From Psammoneis japonica (lineage: Eukaryota), in the NCBI GenBank assembly GCA_008632985.1, contig QPGO01000006.1:617138-681137 (forward strand): a stretch of 64,000 nucleotides of DNA, given 5' to 3'. The position numbers were made by a program, and so were the translations under genes. Below the pieces are notes generated by a model. It was not told the origin of the DNA, searched no databases, and saw nothing but the letters and a program-made list of their open reading frames with translations. Below are positions 62,301 to 64,000 of the stretch, piece by piece. The number at the start of each line of letters is the position of its first letter. The first letter of the stretch is position 1.

Positions 62301-63746
62301 TTTCACAACTGTTTGACATCATGTGCCCAAGTTGTGTCCAGTTTGTGTCCATTTTATTTGACCTTGTTTGCAGCCATTTGTGCAACAGTTGGGGGTCAGC
62401 AAAAAATCCACATTGAATGTGATGCCATGCCATGATTTCAGTCAGACCCACCATTTTACATTTTTGCACACACTCTTGCACAACAGTGTCTCCCAACTTC
62501 TCTCTCAACCTGACCTGCAATGCATGATGGTGCTGCATGTTGGAAGAGCTGTGTCAGCCCACAACACAGATGCTGCCACAAAGGCAAGCCACTGGCATGC
62601 ATGCAACACCATCATGCACTGGCACAATTCACAAGGTCATCAGTTTTCATCACTTTCCCATTCCATTGCACTGCCACTCTTCTGTCCACAACATTGTGCA
62701 ACGCATTTGTGGTGTCAGCATCATGTTTGGGGACAAAATTCCACAGCCCATCACATGCAGGGGAAATTTGATGCCAACTGCAATGGGAAAAGATCATCAT
62801 TTTGTTGGCTGAGTCAATCAAGCTCAAGTGGCTTGGCAAGAATTGTTTCAATCAAATGGTTTGCATGGCTGCAGGCTGTGACACCATGGGAACTGCTGCC
62901 ATTTGAGGTGTGCTTTTGCACTTCTTGTTGCCCTTGTTCTTTTGCTTCTTTGACAGAATGCTCACATGCTTCTTGCCCTCTTTTAGCTCCTCAACACAGT
63001 TGAAGAGTTTTTGGCTTGGAGCAAATGTGTGCAGTCTGATGTCACTGACCTTGAACACTGCAACCTTCTCCCAAGTCTTTTGATCTGGCATCTGGAACTC
63101 ATCCACCACTCAGTCATCACAAGTCACACAGCACTTGTTTTTTGTGTCCTGCAGGCCAAGGACATTTGCCATGGCTTTGTCCAATCCAAGCTGCATGTCT
63201 CTTAATCCTGGTGTTGTGCAGTCTTCATGCACTGGAGTGTCTCCTGCATCAGTTGACAGGTCAATCTTGATCCTTGCTGGCTGCATGTTGTGCACTGCTT
63301 TCTGACTTGCCACCATGCCAAGGGCAGAGCCATTGTCAAGGATGATCTCATCCAAATTGATGCTTGCATTGGCTTGAATCATGCTTGCCTCTGGTCTCAT
63401 GGCAACCAGCTGCATTCTGTGCCATGCAGCACCTCTGCTTCAGCCAGAACAGGCAGATTTTGATTAGATCTGGTGGTGTTGATGCTCACATTGTTGCTGT
63501 CCACCAATGAATTGTCAACATTTGTGCCTTGCATCTGTGCATGGCTCTTTGCCCTGACGTCCATTTTTTTTTTTTTCAACGTTCTTTCACCAAAATTGTC
63601 ACAAGCAATGTCACCTCTGTGGCCACATTCTGGGGACTTGTGGCCCTTCATTCCACAACAGTGACACATCAGTTTGTCACTCTGGTTGCTCTGTTGAGCA
63701 TGACTCTGGTCCTTCTGGATCTCTTGTTCAGTGTTCCAGTTGCCGC

Positions 63747-63781
<35 letters not shown>

Positions 63782-64000
63782 GTTGTTGTTGTTGTTCATT
63801 CCTGTCATTTTGGTTTTGATCATTTCTTGCAGAGGCACTCCATTGTTTGAGAAGATTGTTGTCCTTTGGATGGTCAAGCAGTTTGTCCATCACCTTGTCT
63901 GGGGTTCAAGCAGCAGGCATCCCAACCCAGACTGCAGTCTCTCACAAAGCTCTTCTTCAGGCTCTTGCAAAAGTGACCATCACTGTTCCCCATGAGCTGG
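62300..64000 (-). mobile_element. Ty1/Copia gag-pol remnant (zinc knuckle, aspartic protease, pre-integrase)
   Basis: CHCCGMKGHKSPEC zinc knuckle; IILDNGSA...LSTDAG...AMANVLGL...KNKCCVTCD matches the Copia protease region (ILLD..S, ANILS, KYRVTYD). Confidence 0.8.
63748..63796. repeat. (GTT)n microsatellite within the Copia gag region
   Basis: Read directly from the sequence. Confidence 0.95.

Noticed and set aside
4150..64000. Classical RIP or CpG deamination as the sole explanation of TG/CA excess
   Set aside because: RIP increases TpA. CpG decay cannot turn Tyr into His/Cys, and CpGs are retained where TA is already lost.

Overview
Eukaryotic nuclear DNA, most likely a diatom (inferred from short GT-AG introns, bipartite signal+'AF/F-x-x-P' plastid presequences and diatom-type gene families). 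Islands of intact host genes alternate with about 37 kb of decayed transposable elements. Host genes: an RTX-repeat/Calx-beta-like giant protein fragment, DUF3119, PARG, a thioredoxin-cNMP-EF-hand protein, a duplicated plastid protein, PEX11-like, a Cys-rich secreted protein, an MBOAT wax synthase, two 2OG-Fe(II) oxygenases, a SAM-GAF-dual cyclase and a CCCH/PAM2 protein. Elements: a complete PIF/Harbinger-like element, an IS630/Tc1-like element nested in and by MITEs, Copia remnants, gag-only elements and an element with XPG-like remnants. The main signal is that almost every TpA inside the TE blocks has become TpG or CpA (A:T>G:C). Conserved Tyr residues read His or Cys, and aligned repeat copies, TIRs and TSDs show TA/TG/CA at the same site. 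Surviving TpAs are mostly in Y-TA-R context, and adjacent genes, even duplicated ones, are untouched. This looks like a TE-targeted adenine hypermutation process running opposite to fungal RIP, overlaid on ordinary CpG decay. A base-calling artefact at modified bases must be excluded. All counts are by eye.
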